Source of the DNA: an uncultured Planctomycetaceae bacterium
Lineage (GTDB): Bacteria; Planctomycetota; Planctomycetia; Planctomycetales; Planctomycetaceae
Assembly (NCBI GenBank): GCA_963815195.1
Contig: CAWFGE010000020.1
Location: forward strand, 420,028 to 484,027
Direction: 5' to 3'
Length of the DNA stretch: 64,000 nucleotides
Shown here: in pieces, positions 1 to 10,979 of the stretch
Layout: each line of letters starts with the position of its first letter
Position numbering within the stretch: the first letter of the stretch is position 1
Notes under the pieces: generated by a model
Told to the model about the DNA's origin: nothing
The model's database searches: none
Seen by the model: the letters and a program-made list of their open reading frames with translations, nothing else
Made by a program: the position numbers and the translations under genes

Positions 1-1417
1 ACACGTCCCGGAGTTCCTGTTGCCTGGCTTCCTCTTTGCGAAGCTTCCAAGGCTCTTGGTGCTCGACGAACCGATTCGCCGCATCCGCGAGCGCAAGAAT
101 CTCTCGCATCGCGGAGTTGTAATCGCAGCGTTCGTAAGCCTCTGCAATCTCCGCAGCCTTCGCCGCCGCGGCTTGAAACAACCCGCCATCGTCGGGGTAA
201 GTTTCCGAGAGCGTTTTGCCTTCCAAAAACTTCGCCGACCGGCTGGCGAGGTTCACGACCTTGCCCACGAGATCCGCATCGATCTTGGTTTTGAACTCTT
301 CGAGATTCAGGTCGATGTCATCGAGCCGGGGGCCGAGTTTGGAGGCGATATAGTAGCGGAGATACGCCGGGTCCAAGTGTTTCAAGTAAGTCGAAGCGAG
401 CACGAAGGTGCCTTTGGATTTCGACATCTTCTCGCCGCCCACGTTCAGGAACCCGTGGATGTGGACCTTCGTCGGCAGATTGAATCCCGCCGTCTTCAGC
501 ATCCCCGGCCAGAACAGCGTGTGGAAGTAGGTGATGTCTTTTCCGATGAAGTGATGGACTTCGGTTGCGGGATTTCGCCACCAGTCGTCGAAATTCTCGC
601 CCTGCTTTTCGCACCAGTCCTTGGTGGAAGCCATGTAACCGATGGGGGCATCGAACCAGACGTACCAGAAGTTGCCGGGACTGTTCGGGATTTCAAATCC
701 GAAGTAGGGTTCCGGGCGGGAGATGTCCCAATCGCGGAGCGGCTGATGCAGAAAGTGACCCTTGAGATAATTGGCGACTTCCGGCTGGAGATGGTCTTCA
801 GACTGCGTCCATTCGTTGAGAAAACCGTGGAGCTTCTCCAGTTCGATGAATAAGTGCGCCGACGACCGCAGCTCCGGCGTGGCCCCCGAGAGGGTGCTGA
901 CGGGGTCGATCAATTCCGCCGGGCTGTGCGTGTGGCCGCAGCGGTCACAGCTATCGCCATATTGCCCTGGGGCTTTGCAGTTGGGGCAGGTGCCTTTCAC
1001 GAATCGATCGGCAAGAAACGTTCCCGCGACCGGATCATAAAGCTGCTCGACGTCTTTTTCCTTCACCAAGCCCGATTGATGGACCGCGGCCCAGATTTCT
1101 TGGCAGAGGGCGCGGTTCGAATCGCTGTTGGTGCTGCCGTAGTTGTCGAACTCGATATCGAAGCCCTCGAAGTCGCGGATGTGGGCTTCCCGCATATCGG
1201 CGATCAGTTCCTCTTCGCGGCGGCCTTCCTGGCGGGCGCGGATCATGATCGCGGTGCCGTGGGTGTCGTCGGCACAGATGTAAATGCACTGGTGCCCGCG
1301 GAGCTTTTGAAACCGCACCCAAATGTCGGTCTGCACGTACTCCACAAGATGCCCAATGTGAACATGCCCGTTGGCATAAGGCAACGCGGCGGTGACGAGG
1401 ATTTTGCGTTCCGTCAT
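1..1417 (-). CDS. metG: Methionyl-tRNA synthetase (3' end runs off the window)
   Basis: Read manually on the minus strand from ATG 1417: [31 protein letters not shown] motif, then [11 protein letters not shown] and KMSKS near 420. Absent from the ORF track because there is no stop in the window. Confidence 0.97.
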   Translation of the reverse strand, partial: MTERKILVTAALPYANGHVHIGHLVEYVQTDIWVRFQKLRGHQCIYICADDTHGTAIMIRARQEGRREEELIADMREAHIRDFEGFDIEFDNYGSTNSDSNRALCQEIWAAVHQSGLVKEKDVEQLYDPVAGTFLADRFVKGTCPNCKAPGQYGDSCDRCGHTHSPAELIDPVSTLSGATPELRSSAHLFIELEKLHGFLNEWTQSEDHLQPEVANYLKGHFLHQPLRDWDISRPEPYFGFEIPNSPGNFWYVWFDAPIGYMASTKDWCEKQGENFDDWWRNPATEVHHFIGKDITYFHTLFWPGMLKTAGFNLPTKVHIHGFLNVGGEKMSKSKGTFVLASTYLKHLDPAYLRYYIASKLGPRLDDIDLNLEEFKTKIDADLVGKVVNLASRSAKFLEGKTLSETYPDDGGLFQAAAAKAAEIAEAYERCDYNSAMREILALADAANRFVEHQEPWKLRKEEARQQELRDV

Positions 1418-1707
1418 GGAGAAACTTCGGCTCCTTGGAATGTCTGCGGATTTTCGTGAAGCAGAGGTTGGATCAATTTGTTAGAGGCCGGAATTTGGGC
1501 GAAGGTTAAGGGGCGGTTGGGCTTCGCGCATCTTAGCGGACGGGTTCGCTTGTGGCCATTGACGCGGCGCAAAAAACAAAACCGCCGGGAGGACACTGCC
1601 TTCCCAGCGGTTAGGACGATCGGAAAACCGGGGCTAGCGCCCTGTGGCTAATTTTCAACCCCAAAGTTTGACGCCGCTAGCGAATTGCGGCGGATCTTCG
1701 GATCGAG

Positions 1708-2703
1708 TTATCGCGAGGCGATGTTGCCGTGGGCTTTGAAGGTCACGGGTTCCGGGCGGCCGGCAATGGTCACGGTGAATTTTTCCGAGAACGGGCCGGG
1801 ATCTTTGGGGGGCGTGAAGGTCAGCGGAATGACGTGCACCGTGCGTTCGGATTCGGGCAGGCGGACTTTGAAGAGTTCCTTGTCCGAGTCGCATTCCACC
1901 TTGTCGATCGAGAACGGTTTCTTGCCGCGGATGACGACGTTTACCGTTTTGTCGCTGCCGGGCGTCACGGTGCCCAGGGACACGTCGGGCGTGGCGACGG
2001 TGATGTCCGCTTCCACGCGGGCGGTGACCAACAGCGGCACATAGGGGCTGACATCGTCGGTGACGAGCATCACCTGTTCCCGCAGCGGCCCCAAGGGAGC
2101 GGTGGGCTTGAGAGACATGTCAATCTGGTAGCGGACCTGGCCATTGCCGCGGGAGATTTCTTTGATCTTAGCATCGAGATTCGAGTCGGCGATTTTTACA
2201 TCTTTGAGCGTCCAGTTCTCGCGGCCGGCGTAGGCGACGTCGATCGTCATGTTGGCCCCGGCTCCCAGATCGACGGCCCCGAAATTGGCTCCGCCGGGCG
2301 TGAGCACCACATCCGTGCGGATGTAGGCCTTCAAGGGGATTTTGACCTCGGCGAAGAACGGCTGATCGAAGGTCACGATCAGGTTGGACGTTTTTTCGTG
2401 CGTGAACTTCCGCGTGTTGAGTTCCACTTCGACGTAGGTCGATTCCAGGCTCTTCAGGGTTTTTTGTTCGGGCTGTTTGGGGATCGAGCAGCCGCAGGTC
2501 GTGCGAACGTTGGAAATGTGCACCGCCTCTTTGTACTTGTTGGTGATCTTGAAGCGGTGGCTCACGTCCGCGCCGCGGGCGACCTTGCCGAAGTCGTAGC
2601 TGGCTTCATCGAACATTTTTTCGGCCCACTCCTGGGCTGACGCCGTTTGTCCAGCCAACAGTGCCAGCGCCCAGGCCACGGAGAAGAAAGATTTGCAATT
2701 CAT
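1708..2703 (-). CDS. DUF1573 (Ig-like) secreted protein
   Basis: Signal peptide (MNCKSFFSVAWALALLAGQTASA), then QEWAEKMF..YDFGKVARG..HRF..N...TCGCS, typical of planctomycete DUF1573 proteins. Confidence 0.8.
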   Translation of the reverse strand: MNCKSFFSVAWALALLAGQTASAQEWAEKMFDEASYDFGKVARGADVSHRFKITNKYKEAVHISNVRTTCGCSIPKQPEQKTLKSLESTYVEVELNTRKFTHEKTSNLIVTFDQPFFAEVKIPLKAYIRTDVVLTPGGANFGAVDLGAGANMTIDVAYAGRENWTLKDVKIADSNLDAKIKEISRGNGQVRYQIDMSLKPTAPLGPLREQVMLVTDDVSPYVPLLVTARVEADITVATPDVSLGTVTPGSDKTVNVVIRGKKPFSIDKVECDSDKELFKVRLPESERTVHVIPLTFTPPKDPGPFSEKFTVTIAGRPEPVTFKAHGNIASR

Positions 2704-3084
2704 GGTTGATTCTCGCATCGAACGAAACACCCGTGTTGTAAAATCACCGCAGAGGAGCAAAATCGCTCAGGTTCCTTCGTTCATCACCAAGATGAAAACT
2801 CTGCCCGTCACCAGGTCGGCGGAAACGATTTTGGGAAAAACCGCGCCCCCGCCGATCGGGAAATTTAGGAGCCACACCGGAAATCTACACTCAGAATATC
2901 ATGTTTTGGAGATTCGTGGCGAAGATTTTTGTCAACATCGAGGCGAAAAACGGCATTTCAATGGGGCCATTTCGCCACAAATACAACTCTCCGGGTGTGG
3001 ACCAAAGGGGAATGAGGGGCTAAACAGGTTGTTATGGAGGGAATGATCTTGCATTGAGGGAGGAGCTGACCCTGCGTATTTGGT

Positions 3085-3121
3085 AGGTTAGATCAGCCCG
3101 GCAAAATTGTCAATATTTTGC
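3085..3121 (-). promoter_or_regulatory. Putative sigma70 promoter (TTGACA-17-TAACCT) overlapped by a palindromic operator
   Basis: Minus strand: -35 at 3108-3113 and -10 at 3085-3090. Inverted repeat GCAAAAT-N7-ATTTTGC at 3101-3121. Confidence 0.45.
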
Positions 3122-3530
3122 TCTAGCTGTGATTCCCGTTCCCGATACACTCATCAACTCGACCCGCAAGTCGCCCGTTCCCTCCGCGAAGGGGTTCGTG
3201 CAGCCTTTGTGCCGTTGGGGAGCCCAAACGGACCGTTCGGCTCCAAGCGGGCTCGAAAACGCGCTGAGTCGGCTTAAATCCGGCATCACCAGGAATCTCC
3301 GAACTGTGGGGATTGTTACACAAACAATGATTCCCAAACCGCGTAAATTTCCGTAAGATGGAATATCACAGTCTCCCGAACGCTCACCGGGAGAACTCCT
3401 AAATCCCCGGCATTCCAGGGAAGCCGAGGGAAACCAAACGGAATGCATCGTCAATCCGTGATGGATTGGCATCAGATACGACGTCTGACACTCCTTTTTT
3501 AACGAGCAACTTGGGAGGCGAATCGAAGTC

Positions 3531-5621
3531 ATGGTCCACAATTCCCAACTTTCCACGGACGGCCGCCCGCGCCGGGTTTGGTGCTTTAGACTTGTGCTGG
3601 TTTTATCAATTCTGCTGGGCGTCCTCGCCACGCTGGGTTACCAGATGAACGGCAAGACGCACGCCGCGGACAACCAATATCCGCGGCCCCGCAAAATCAA
3701 AATGCCCGCCGACTTGTTCGACGGCGGCACCGGCTGGTTGAACACCGCCGGGCCGATCGAGCTGAAGGATCTCAAAGGCAAGATCGTCATCGTCGATTTC
3801 TGGACGTATTGCTGCATCAACTGCATGCATGTCTTGCCGGATCTCAAGTACCTGGAGAAAAAGTACCCCAACGAGCTGGTGGTCATCGGCTGCCACTCGG
3901 CCAAGTTCGAGAACGAAAAGGAATCCGAAAACATCCGCAAGGCGATTTTGAGGTACGAGATCGAGCACCCGGTCGTGAACGATTCGCAAATGCGGATTTG
4001 GAACAAGGTGGGCATTACGTCCTGGCCGAGTTTGTTGGTCATCGACGCCGAGGGCAACGCCTGCCTGCTCGCGCCTGGCGAAGGCAATGTGGATTATATC
4101 GACAAGCTGATTGCCCGGCTGATTCGCTATCACAAAGCCAACAAGACCCTGGACGAAACGCCGATCCGCTTCGATCTCGAGCGCAACAAAGCCGAGCCGC
4201 ATCCGCTCAGATTCCCCGGAAAGCTCGTGGCGGACGAAGCGGGGAACCGGTTGTTCATTTCCGACAGCAACCATAACCGGATTGTCGTCACCTCGCTCGA
4301 CGGCAAACTGCAGGAAGTCATCGGGGCCGGGACGATCGGATCCAAGAACGGGAGTTTTAAGGAGGCCGAGTTCGATCGTCCGCAAGGCATGGCCCTCGTC
4401 GGCGACCGGCTGTTTATCGCGGGCACCGAGAACCATCTGCTCCGCATGGCCGATTTGAAAAACAAAACCGTCAGCACAATCGCCGGCACCGGGAAGCAGG
4501 CCCGACAGCGAGTGTTCGGCGGGAACACCAAACGGAGTTCCCTCAACAGCCCGTGGGACCTCGCTGCCGTGGATGGCCGGCTGTATATCGCGATGGCGGG
4601 GTCGCATCAGATTTGGTATCACGCGATCGGTTCGGATTCGATCCGGGTTTATGCCGGGACCGGGATGGAGGACATCCAAAACGGGGCGCTCGCGATGAGC
4701 GCGTTCGGCCAACCGTCGGGACTCGCCAACGATGGGAAGTTTCTGTACGTCTGCGACAGCGAAGGCTCCGCCATCCGCAAAGTCCCAATCAGCAAAACGG
4801 GCGACGGTGAGGTCACCACGATCGCCGGCACTTCCAACCTGCCCAATGGGACCTCTTTGTTTGCCTTTGGCGATCAGGACGGCGTGGGAGCACAGGCCCG
4901 TTTTCAGCATCCGCTGGGGATCGCCTGGCACGAAGGCCTCTTGTACGTGGCCGACAGTTTCAACCATAAAATCAAGCTCGTCGATCCCAAGACCGGAAAA
5001 GTCGCCACCTGGCTGGGCAACGGAAAACCCGGCGACCGGCTGGAGCCGACCCCGCAATTCAACGAGCCGGCGGGACTGGCGGTCGCCAAGGGAAAACTCT
5101 ACGTCGCCGACACCAACAACCACCGCATCCTGACTGTGGACCTCAAAACCAAGGCGGTCAAGGAGCTGAAAATCGAAGGCCTCCAGCCGCCCGAAAACCG
5201 GTTTGCCGAAGCCGGCGGATTTCCCAAGGACGTTCCCGCCACGAAAGTCGCCGCCCAGACCGTCAAGGCCGGCGAGAATCTGACGTTGACCGTGGGCCTG
5301 CATCTGCCGAATGGGTACAAGCTCAACCCGCTGTATCCCGCGGCGTTTCGCTTCGAGGCCGAGCAGGGACAACCCTTGATCCCCGCCGATCAGTTGGAGG
5401 GCAAGCACAAAGCGGCGGCCAAGGGAAACACCGCGTCTTTCACGTTTCCTTTGACCGGCAAGACGGGGCAAACTTCGCTCCAGATCGCGCTCACTTACGG
5501 CTACTGCCGGGAGGGGAAAGGCGGCGTGTGCAAGATCAAAACGATCCGCTGGAACGTCCCCTTGAAAGCCACCAGTGACGCAAAAGCCAGCGAAATCGCC
5601 CTCACCGTTCCCAGCGAATGA
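3531..5621 (+). CDS. Thioredoxin-like + NHL-repeat protein (NHLRC2/SOQ1-like)
   Basis: DFWTYCCINC motif, HSAKF, NHL repeats (DSNHNRI, FQHPLG, DTNNHRI), N-terminal hydrophobic segment, RBS GGAGG upstream. Confidence 0.9.
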   Translation: MVHNSQLSTDGRPRRVWCFRLVLVLSILLGVLATLGYQMNGKTHAADNQYPRPRKIKMPADLFDGGTGWLNTAGPIELKDLKGKIVIVDFWTYCCINCMHVLPDLKYLEKKYPNELVVIGCHSAKFENEKESENIRKAILRYEIEHPVVNDSQMRIWNKVGITSWPSLLVIDAEGNACLLAPGEGNVDYIDKLIARLIRYHKANKTLDETPIRFDLERNKAEPHPLRFPGKLVADEAGNRLFISDSNHNRIVVTSLDGKLQEVIGAGTIGSKNGSFKEAEFDRPQGMALVGDRLFIAGTENHLLRMADLKNKTVSTIAGTGKQARQRVFGGNTKRSSLNSPWDLAAVDGRLYIAMAGSHQIWYHAIGSDSIRVYAGTGMEDIQNGALAMSAFGQPSGLANDGKFLYVCDSEGSAIRKVPISKTGDGEVTTIAGTSNLPNGTSLFAFGDQDGVGAQARFQHPLGIAWHEGLLYVADSFNHKIKLVDPKTGKVATWLGNGKPGDRLEPTPQFNEPAGLAVAKGKLYVADTNNHRILTVDLKTKAVKELKIEGLQPPENRFAEAGGFPKDVPATKVAAQTVKAGENLTLTVGLHLPNGYKLNPLYPAAFRFEAEQGQPLIPADQLEGKHKAAAKGNTASFTFPLTGKTGQTSLQIALTYGYCREGKGGVCKIKTIRWNVPLKATSDAKASEIALTVPSE

Positions 5622-5761
5622 CCACAGAACCCGCGTCGTTTTCCCGAGGCGGCGAGATTTTCCCGTCTTAGCCGCCCCGGTGGCATTGACATTCCCGTCG
5701 ATGCCACGAAAAGATTTGCACAGACAAGCATGTCCGTGCCACCTTTTTGAATCCGAATCGA

Positions 5762-6968
5762 ATGAGTGAAGGCCTCCTTGTTGACCAGACGGAATTTGAT
5801 GCGTTCTGCGCACATCGTTGCCGAGGGGATCGTCGCGTTCGATACGGAGTTTGTGTCGGAATACACCCATCGGCCCGAACTCTGTTTGCTCCAGTTTGCC
5901 ACCCGCGAGCAGTGCGTGGCGGTCGATCCGTTTGAGGTGCCGAATCTCGACCGCTGGTGGGAAATCATGGCCGATCCCGACGTGACCGTTGTGGTGCACG
6001 GCGGCCAGGCGGAGATTCGCTTCTGCCTGGACTTGGGCCGCCGCACGCCGCGGAACCTCGCAGACATCCAACTCGCCGAGGCCCTCCGCAGCCGGAGTTA
6101 TCCCTTAGGATACGCCACGTTGGTCCGGCGGGTTTTGGGCTGCCGGGTCCACGGCAAGGAGACCCGTACCGACTGGCGGCGCCGGCCGCTGACCAGCCAT
6201 CAAATCCATTACGCGCTCGAAGATGTCAAGCACGTCCTCCCCGTGTGGGACAAGCAGCGCCGCTGGCTCAAAGACCACAACCGCCGGGACTGGGTGGAAA
6301 CCGAGTTCGAGCGGATGATTTCCGAACTGGAGGACGAGTCCCAGCGTCCGGGCTGGCATCGGTTGTCGGGGCTCCACCGGCTGAGCCTCCGCGAACTCGC
6401 CGTCGCCCAGGAAATCTCCAATTGGCGGGACGCCGAGGCGATGAAGCGAAATCGCCCGCTGCGAAAAATCCTGCGGGACGACATCATCATCGAACTCGCC
6501 CGCCGGCAGCCCACGACCGAAAAGGAACTCCTCGCCATGCGGGACATGAACCGCAGCGACTATCGGCGGTCCGCAGTGGCGCTCTTGAAAGCCATCGAGC
6601 ACGGGCTCGCCATTCCCGACAAAGACCTCGCGCCTTTGCCCTATTCCCCGAACGCCGGCGACAGCCGGGACGAGCAGGTGCTGGGCCAGCTTTTGGGCAT
6701 CGCCCTCGCGAACCGCTGTGCCGAGATGGACGTCGCCAAACCCCTGGTGGCGACCAGCGCGGACCTTCGGCATCTGGTCCGCTGGCACGTGTTTCAGGAG
6801 CGCTCCGGTCCCGCGCCCCGGCTCACGGAAGGCTGGCGTGCCGAAGTCTGCGGAACGCTGTTGTCCAACGTCCTTGACGGCCGCGTCGCGCTCCGCGTCG
6901 CCGACCCCACCTCCGATCATCCACTGGTCTTCGAACCCGTCGCCGAGGAACAAGAAGCCCCGGAATGA
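5762..6968 (+). CDS. rnd: Ribonuclease D (3'-5' exonuclease + HRDC); apparent frameshift near 5810
   Basis: AFDTEF, LCLLQ, TDWRRRPL..Q..YALEDV, HRDC-like region, GWR. N-terminus MSEGLLVDQTEFDAFC is in another frame and joins at a GC dinucleotide run. Confidence 0.88.
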
Positions 6969-7350
6969 TTGACCCGGTTTTTTCCTATTCGCCCGAAGCG
7001 CAAGCCGCGCGCCCGGTGCGGTTTTTCGTGGCGGCCATTTGCACACGGTTCGTCAAGCGTCCGACGAGTGGTCTGCATTGGGTGGGGGCGTCCAACCATA
7101 ATCGACCGCGATTTCCGTGGCGTTTTTCGTGCGGAAACCGTACGATTTTCTCCCAGAACAAGCACAAATGAACCGCGTTTTCGGAGAATTTTTGAACAGA
7201 CATTCGGGGCCATTTGTCTATGGAGCCTTTTCCATGCGAGGCAATTCGCGACAAACTGAACCCTGTCACTTCATTTCCAGGCAGCATCGGCATTCCCCAT
7301 AATTCCCCTCGAGACCGATTCCCGACCTCCTGAAAAAGCCCCCGCCGCTT

Positions 7351-8775
7351 ATGTCAAATTCTCCAGAACCCGCGTCGAAGGATGAACCTTTATCGAACCC
7401 ATTCCGCGGCGGGCATTGGGCGGGGGCGGTTCCGCTCGTGGTGTTTGTGGTGTGCACGTTGGGGCTGGTGATTGCGGGGGCTCCCGAAGTCGAGGGGATG
7501 ATTCTCGCGGCGATGCTGGGCATCTCGATCGGGATGGTCTTCGCCAAAAGTGCCGCGGACTATAGCGAGCGGGTCTTCACGCTGATGGCGAATCCCGTGG
7601 CGACGGTGGCGGTCGTGTGCTGGCTGTGGGCGGGGGCGTTTTCGGGAATCCTCGCGAAGTCCAAGCTCGTGGAAGCCATCGTCTGGCTCGGCTGGCAGTC
7701 GGGCGTGTCGGGGGCGGCGTTCACGGTGCTCGTGTTTGTCCTGGCGTCGCTGTTCGCGGTTTCGGTGGGGACGGGCCTCGGCACCGTGCTGGGGTTTACG
7801 CCGGTGATGTACCCGGCAGGAGTCGTGTTGGGGGCGGACCCGGCGGTGTTGATGGGCGCGATCTTCAGCGGGGCCGCGTTCGGTGACAATCTGGCCCCGA
7901 TCTCCGATACCACGATCGTCTCGGCAACGACGCAGGAAGCCGACGTCGCAGGCGTCGTGCTTTCGCGGCTGAAGTACGTGCTGCTCGCTGCGGGGATTTG
8001 CTGCGTGCTGTTTTACGTGTTCGGCGGAGCGGCTTCGCGCACCGACACGGCCGACGCGGCCACGGCTCAGGAGATCATTGAAAAAACCGCGGACCCCAAG
8101 GGGCTGCCGATGCTGATCCCCGCCGCGGTCGTGTTTGTGGTCGCGGTGTCGGGGCTGCATTTTCTCGCGGCGATCACGGCGGGGATCGTGGTCGCGGTGC
8201 TGTTGGGGCCGGCGGTTGGGGTGTTTACGTTTGCCGATGTATTTCACATCACGGCGGACGGCGGCGTGGCGGGTTCGCTCGTGGAGGGGGCGATGGGACT
8301 GGTCCCGATCGCGATCCTCACGCTGCTCTTAGTCTCGGCGATCGGTTTGATGGAATACAGCGGTTTTCTGACCGCGATGATGGAATGTCTGGACCGCACG
8401 CTCGCCCGCACCGCGAAGGGAGCTGAGGCTGCGATCATTGCGCTGATTTCGCTCGCCAACTTGAGCGTCTCGGTCAACACGGTGGCGATGATCACGGTGG
8501 GGCCGCTTGCAAACCGGCTCCGCGCACGGCACAACATCCACCCCTACCGCAGCGCGAACCTGTTGGATACGGTCTCGTGTTCGTTCCCTTATCTGCTGCC
8601 TTATTCCGCGACCATCCCCGCCGCCGCCTCGGTGCAGCAAGAGGTGCATAAACTCTATGACTTCGTGCCAGTGCTCACATGGTCTCAGCAAGTGCCCTAT
8701 ATGTTCTATGGCCTGGTGCTGTTTCCGATCATGATCCTCTCCGTCGCCACCGGCTTCGGGCACCGACGGGGATAA
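7351..8775 (+). CDS. NhaC-family Na+/H+ antiporter / amino-acid transporter
   Basis: Polytopic membrane protein with SGAAFGDNLAPISDTTIVSA signature. Confidence 0.85.
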   Translation: MSNSPEPASKDEPLSNPFRGGHWAGAVPLVVFVVCTLGLVIAGAPEVEGMILAAMLGISIGMVFAKSAADYSERVFTLMANPVATVAVVCWLWAGAFSGILAKSKLVEAIVWLGWQSGVSGAAFTVLVFVLASLFAVSVGTGLGTVLGFTPVMYPAGVVLGADPAVLMGAIFSGAAFGDNLAPISDTTIVSATTQEADVAGVVLSRLKYVLLAAGICCVLFYVFGGAASRTDTADAATAQEIIEKTADPKGLPMLIPAAVVFVVAVSGLHFLAAITAGIVVAVLLGPAVGVFTFADVFHITADGGVAGSLVEGAMGLVPIAILTLLLVSAIGLMEYSGFLTAMMECLDRTLARTAKGAEAAIIALISLANLSVSVNTVAMITVGPLANRLRARHNIHPYRSANLLDTVSCSFPYLLPYSATIPAAASVQQEVHKLYDFVPVLTWSQQVPYMFYGLVLFPIMILSVATGFGHRRG

Positions 8776-8803
8776 GCAATTCGAACTGTCTCACATTCAG
8801 CTT

Positions 8804-8941
8804 AAACCCAAAGAGTGCAAAGGGAAGACGCAAAGGGATGCGGCATGAAGCCCGAATCGTGTTTTCGCGCGGGGATTATCTGGAGTCAGCGGACGATTTT
8901 TCCCACTCTCCTTTGCATCTTCCCTTCGCGCCTTTGCGTTA
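8804..8941. repeat. Imperfect inverted repeat (GCAAAG-rich family) between convergent genes
   Basis: aacccaaagagtgcaaagggaagacgcaaagg pairs with ctttgcatcttcccttcgcgcctttgcgtt. Confidence 0.6.
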
Positions 8942-8957
8942 AAAATGTTCTGCGAGG

Positions 8958-10766
8958 TTATGTCACGGCGCCGGTACGGTTGGGCTTTTCTTTTGATGGC
9001 GAATTGTTGGACGTTTCGGTGAATTGCAGTTCGTGCAGGTTGCGGTAAAGGCCGCCCTCGGCGAGGAGTTCCGCGTGCGTGCCTTGTTCGATGATCCGGC
9101 CGTTTTGCAGGACGAGGATACGATGGCAATGCCGGATCGTGGACAGTCGATGGGCGATGATCAACGCGGTCCGGCCTTCGAGCACTCGGCGGGTCGCAGC
9201 GGACAGGAGATGCTCGGTCGCGGGATCGACGGCGCTCGTGGCTTCGTCGAGGATCAGCAAATCCGGCTGGCCCGCGAGCGCCCGCGTGAAGGACAACAAC
9301 TGCCTTTGCCCGACCGACAGGTTCGCCCCGCGCTCGGCGAGATCGGTGTTTTCGCCTTGGGGCAACTCGCGGATGAAGCGGTCCGCCAGCGTGATTTCCT
9401 CAGCCTGTTTTAAGTCCTCCTCCGAAACCGTCCGGCCCATTGTGAGGTTCTCGCGGAGATTGCCGGGGAAGAGGTACAGATCTTGAAGCACCATCCCCAA
9501 CCGCTGCCTCCATTCTTTCAAAGGCAGTTCGCGGAGGTCCACGCCGTCGATCGAAATCCGGCCCTCTTGCGGATCGTAAAACCGCAACAGCAAACTCACG
9601 ATGGTCGTTTTCCCGGAACCCGTCGGGCCCACGAGCGCCCAGTGCTCGCCCGCCGGCAGCGTGAAGGAAATCTCCTTGAGGACCCATTCGCCGTCCTCGG
9701 CGTAGCGGAACCAGACGTTCTCGAAACGAATCTCGTGCTTCAGCCCGGCGAATGATTTCGGAGCGTCGGGGTCGGGGACGGTGTCGGGTTCTTGCATTAA
9801 CCTGAGCATGCGCTCGGCCGAGGCGAAGGCTTTTTGAATCGTCGCGAGCTGCTCGGCAAGGCGGTGCAGCGGATCGAAAAACCGCCGAACGTAGCCCATG
9901 AACATCGCGAGGAGCCCGATCGTCACCGTGCCCGACAGCGCCCAATATCCGCCCACGCCCAGGATCAGGCACAAAGCCAACGTCTCCAAAACGAAGATCA
10001 GATTGAACCACACGATCACGTACCACTCGGCGAGGGCCTGGATGTCGTATTTGTGCTTCGTGAGTTCCTGCAAGCGGCTCGTCGCCCAGCGATGGCGGGC
10101 ATACGCCTGGAGCAGCGGCACGGCTTGGATCAGTTCCGTCAATCGGCTGCTGATCACGGAGTTCTGCCCGCGGGCTTCGATGAACAGCGGCCGAAATCGG
10201 CGTTGGAAATACAGCGTGACGGCGATCATCAGCGGGACGACGCTCCCGGTGACAAGAGCCAGCCGCGGGCTGAACCAGACCATCACCCCCGCCATGCCGA
10301 TCATCATCAAGAAATCGCCCACGAGCATGACGACGGTGGTCGTAAACAGCATCCTGAGCGCCTGCGTGTCGCTTTCCAAGCGCGACAGAAGTTGCCCCGG
10401 CGTGGTGCGGTCGTGGAAGGCGATCGGCAGCGAAATCAGATGGAGAAACACCTGCCGGCGAAGGTCGGCCATCACCCGCTGCCCGGCCCATTCCAGCCAG
10501 TTTCGCATGATGTAGAGCGTCACGAGATAGGTGACCTGCACGCCCACGAACAGGGCCACTGTGAGCTGCAAGCCGGGCACATCGGCCCGGGCGATGTTCT
10601 CGTCGATGGCCCGTTTGACGAGGATCGGCCCTTCCACAAGCAAGGCGGACGAAAGCACCAGCAGCAAAAACGCCCCGGCGAAATGGCCCCAATACGGCCG
10701 AAACAAAGGCCAGAGCCAAACCGCCAAAGTGCGATACGACAGCGTTCGTTTGGCTTCCGGCTCCAA
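8958..10766 (-). CDS. ABC exporter, fused TMD + NBD (MsbA/MdlB-like)
   Basis: N-terminal TM domain, Walker A GPTGSGKT, LSVGQRQ signature, LILDEATS, IAHRLSTI. TTG start is uncertain. Confidence 0.92.
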   Translation of the reverse strand: MEPEAKRTLSYRTLAVWLWPLFRPYWGHFAGAFLLLVLSSALLVEGPILVKRAIDENIARADVPGLQLTVALFVGVQVTYLVTLYIMRNWLEWAGQRVMADLRRQVFLHLISLPIAFHDRTTPGQLLSRLESDTQALRMLFTTTVVMLVGDFLMMIGMAGVMVWFSPRLALVTGSVVPLMIAVTLYFQRRFRPLFIEARGQNSVISSRLTELIQAVPLLQAYARHRWATSRLQELTKHKYDIQALAEWYVIVWFNLIFVLETLALCLILGVGGYWALSGTVTIGLLAMFMGYVRRFFDPLHRLAEQLATIQKAFASAERMLRLMQEPDTVPDPDAPKSFAGLKHEIRFENVWFRYAEDGEWVLKEISFTLPAGEHWALVGPTGSGKTTIVSLLLRFYDPQEGRISIDGVDLRELPLKEWRQRLGMVLQDLYLFPGNLRENLTMGRTVSEEDLKQAEEITLADRFIRELPQGENTDLAERGANLSVGQRQLLSFTRALAGQPDLLILDEATSAVDPATEHLLSAATRRVLEGRTALIIAHRLSTIRHCHRILVLQNGRIIEQGTHAELLAEGGLYRNLHELQFTETSNNSPSKEKPNRTGAVT

Positions 10767-10979
10767 GGGGACGCCTCTGGCAAAAAGGAAACAGCAGATT
10801 CGGGCGCACGCCCGCTACAGATTGGGTTGTAATGAGGTCGAGGGGCGAAATTCAATCGGGTTCGGCGAATTTGCGATATTTTGCCGAGAAACGCATCTCA
10901 TTAGCCGCAGGGGGGCACCGCCCGCCGGGTGGTCCGCCCCGGTTCTCGCCATCAATGTTCTCTCTCGGAACCGGGGCTA

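Noticed and set aside
20..1459. Long plus-strand ORFs 20..853 and 854..1459
   Set aside because: Antisense shadows of metG in the same codon register, with no recognisable motifs.
3150..3275. Assignment as 6S RNA, SRP RNA or c-di-GMP riboswitch
   Set aside because: Diagnostic conserved motifs were not found; kept only as an unassigned candidate.
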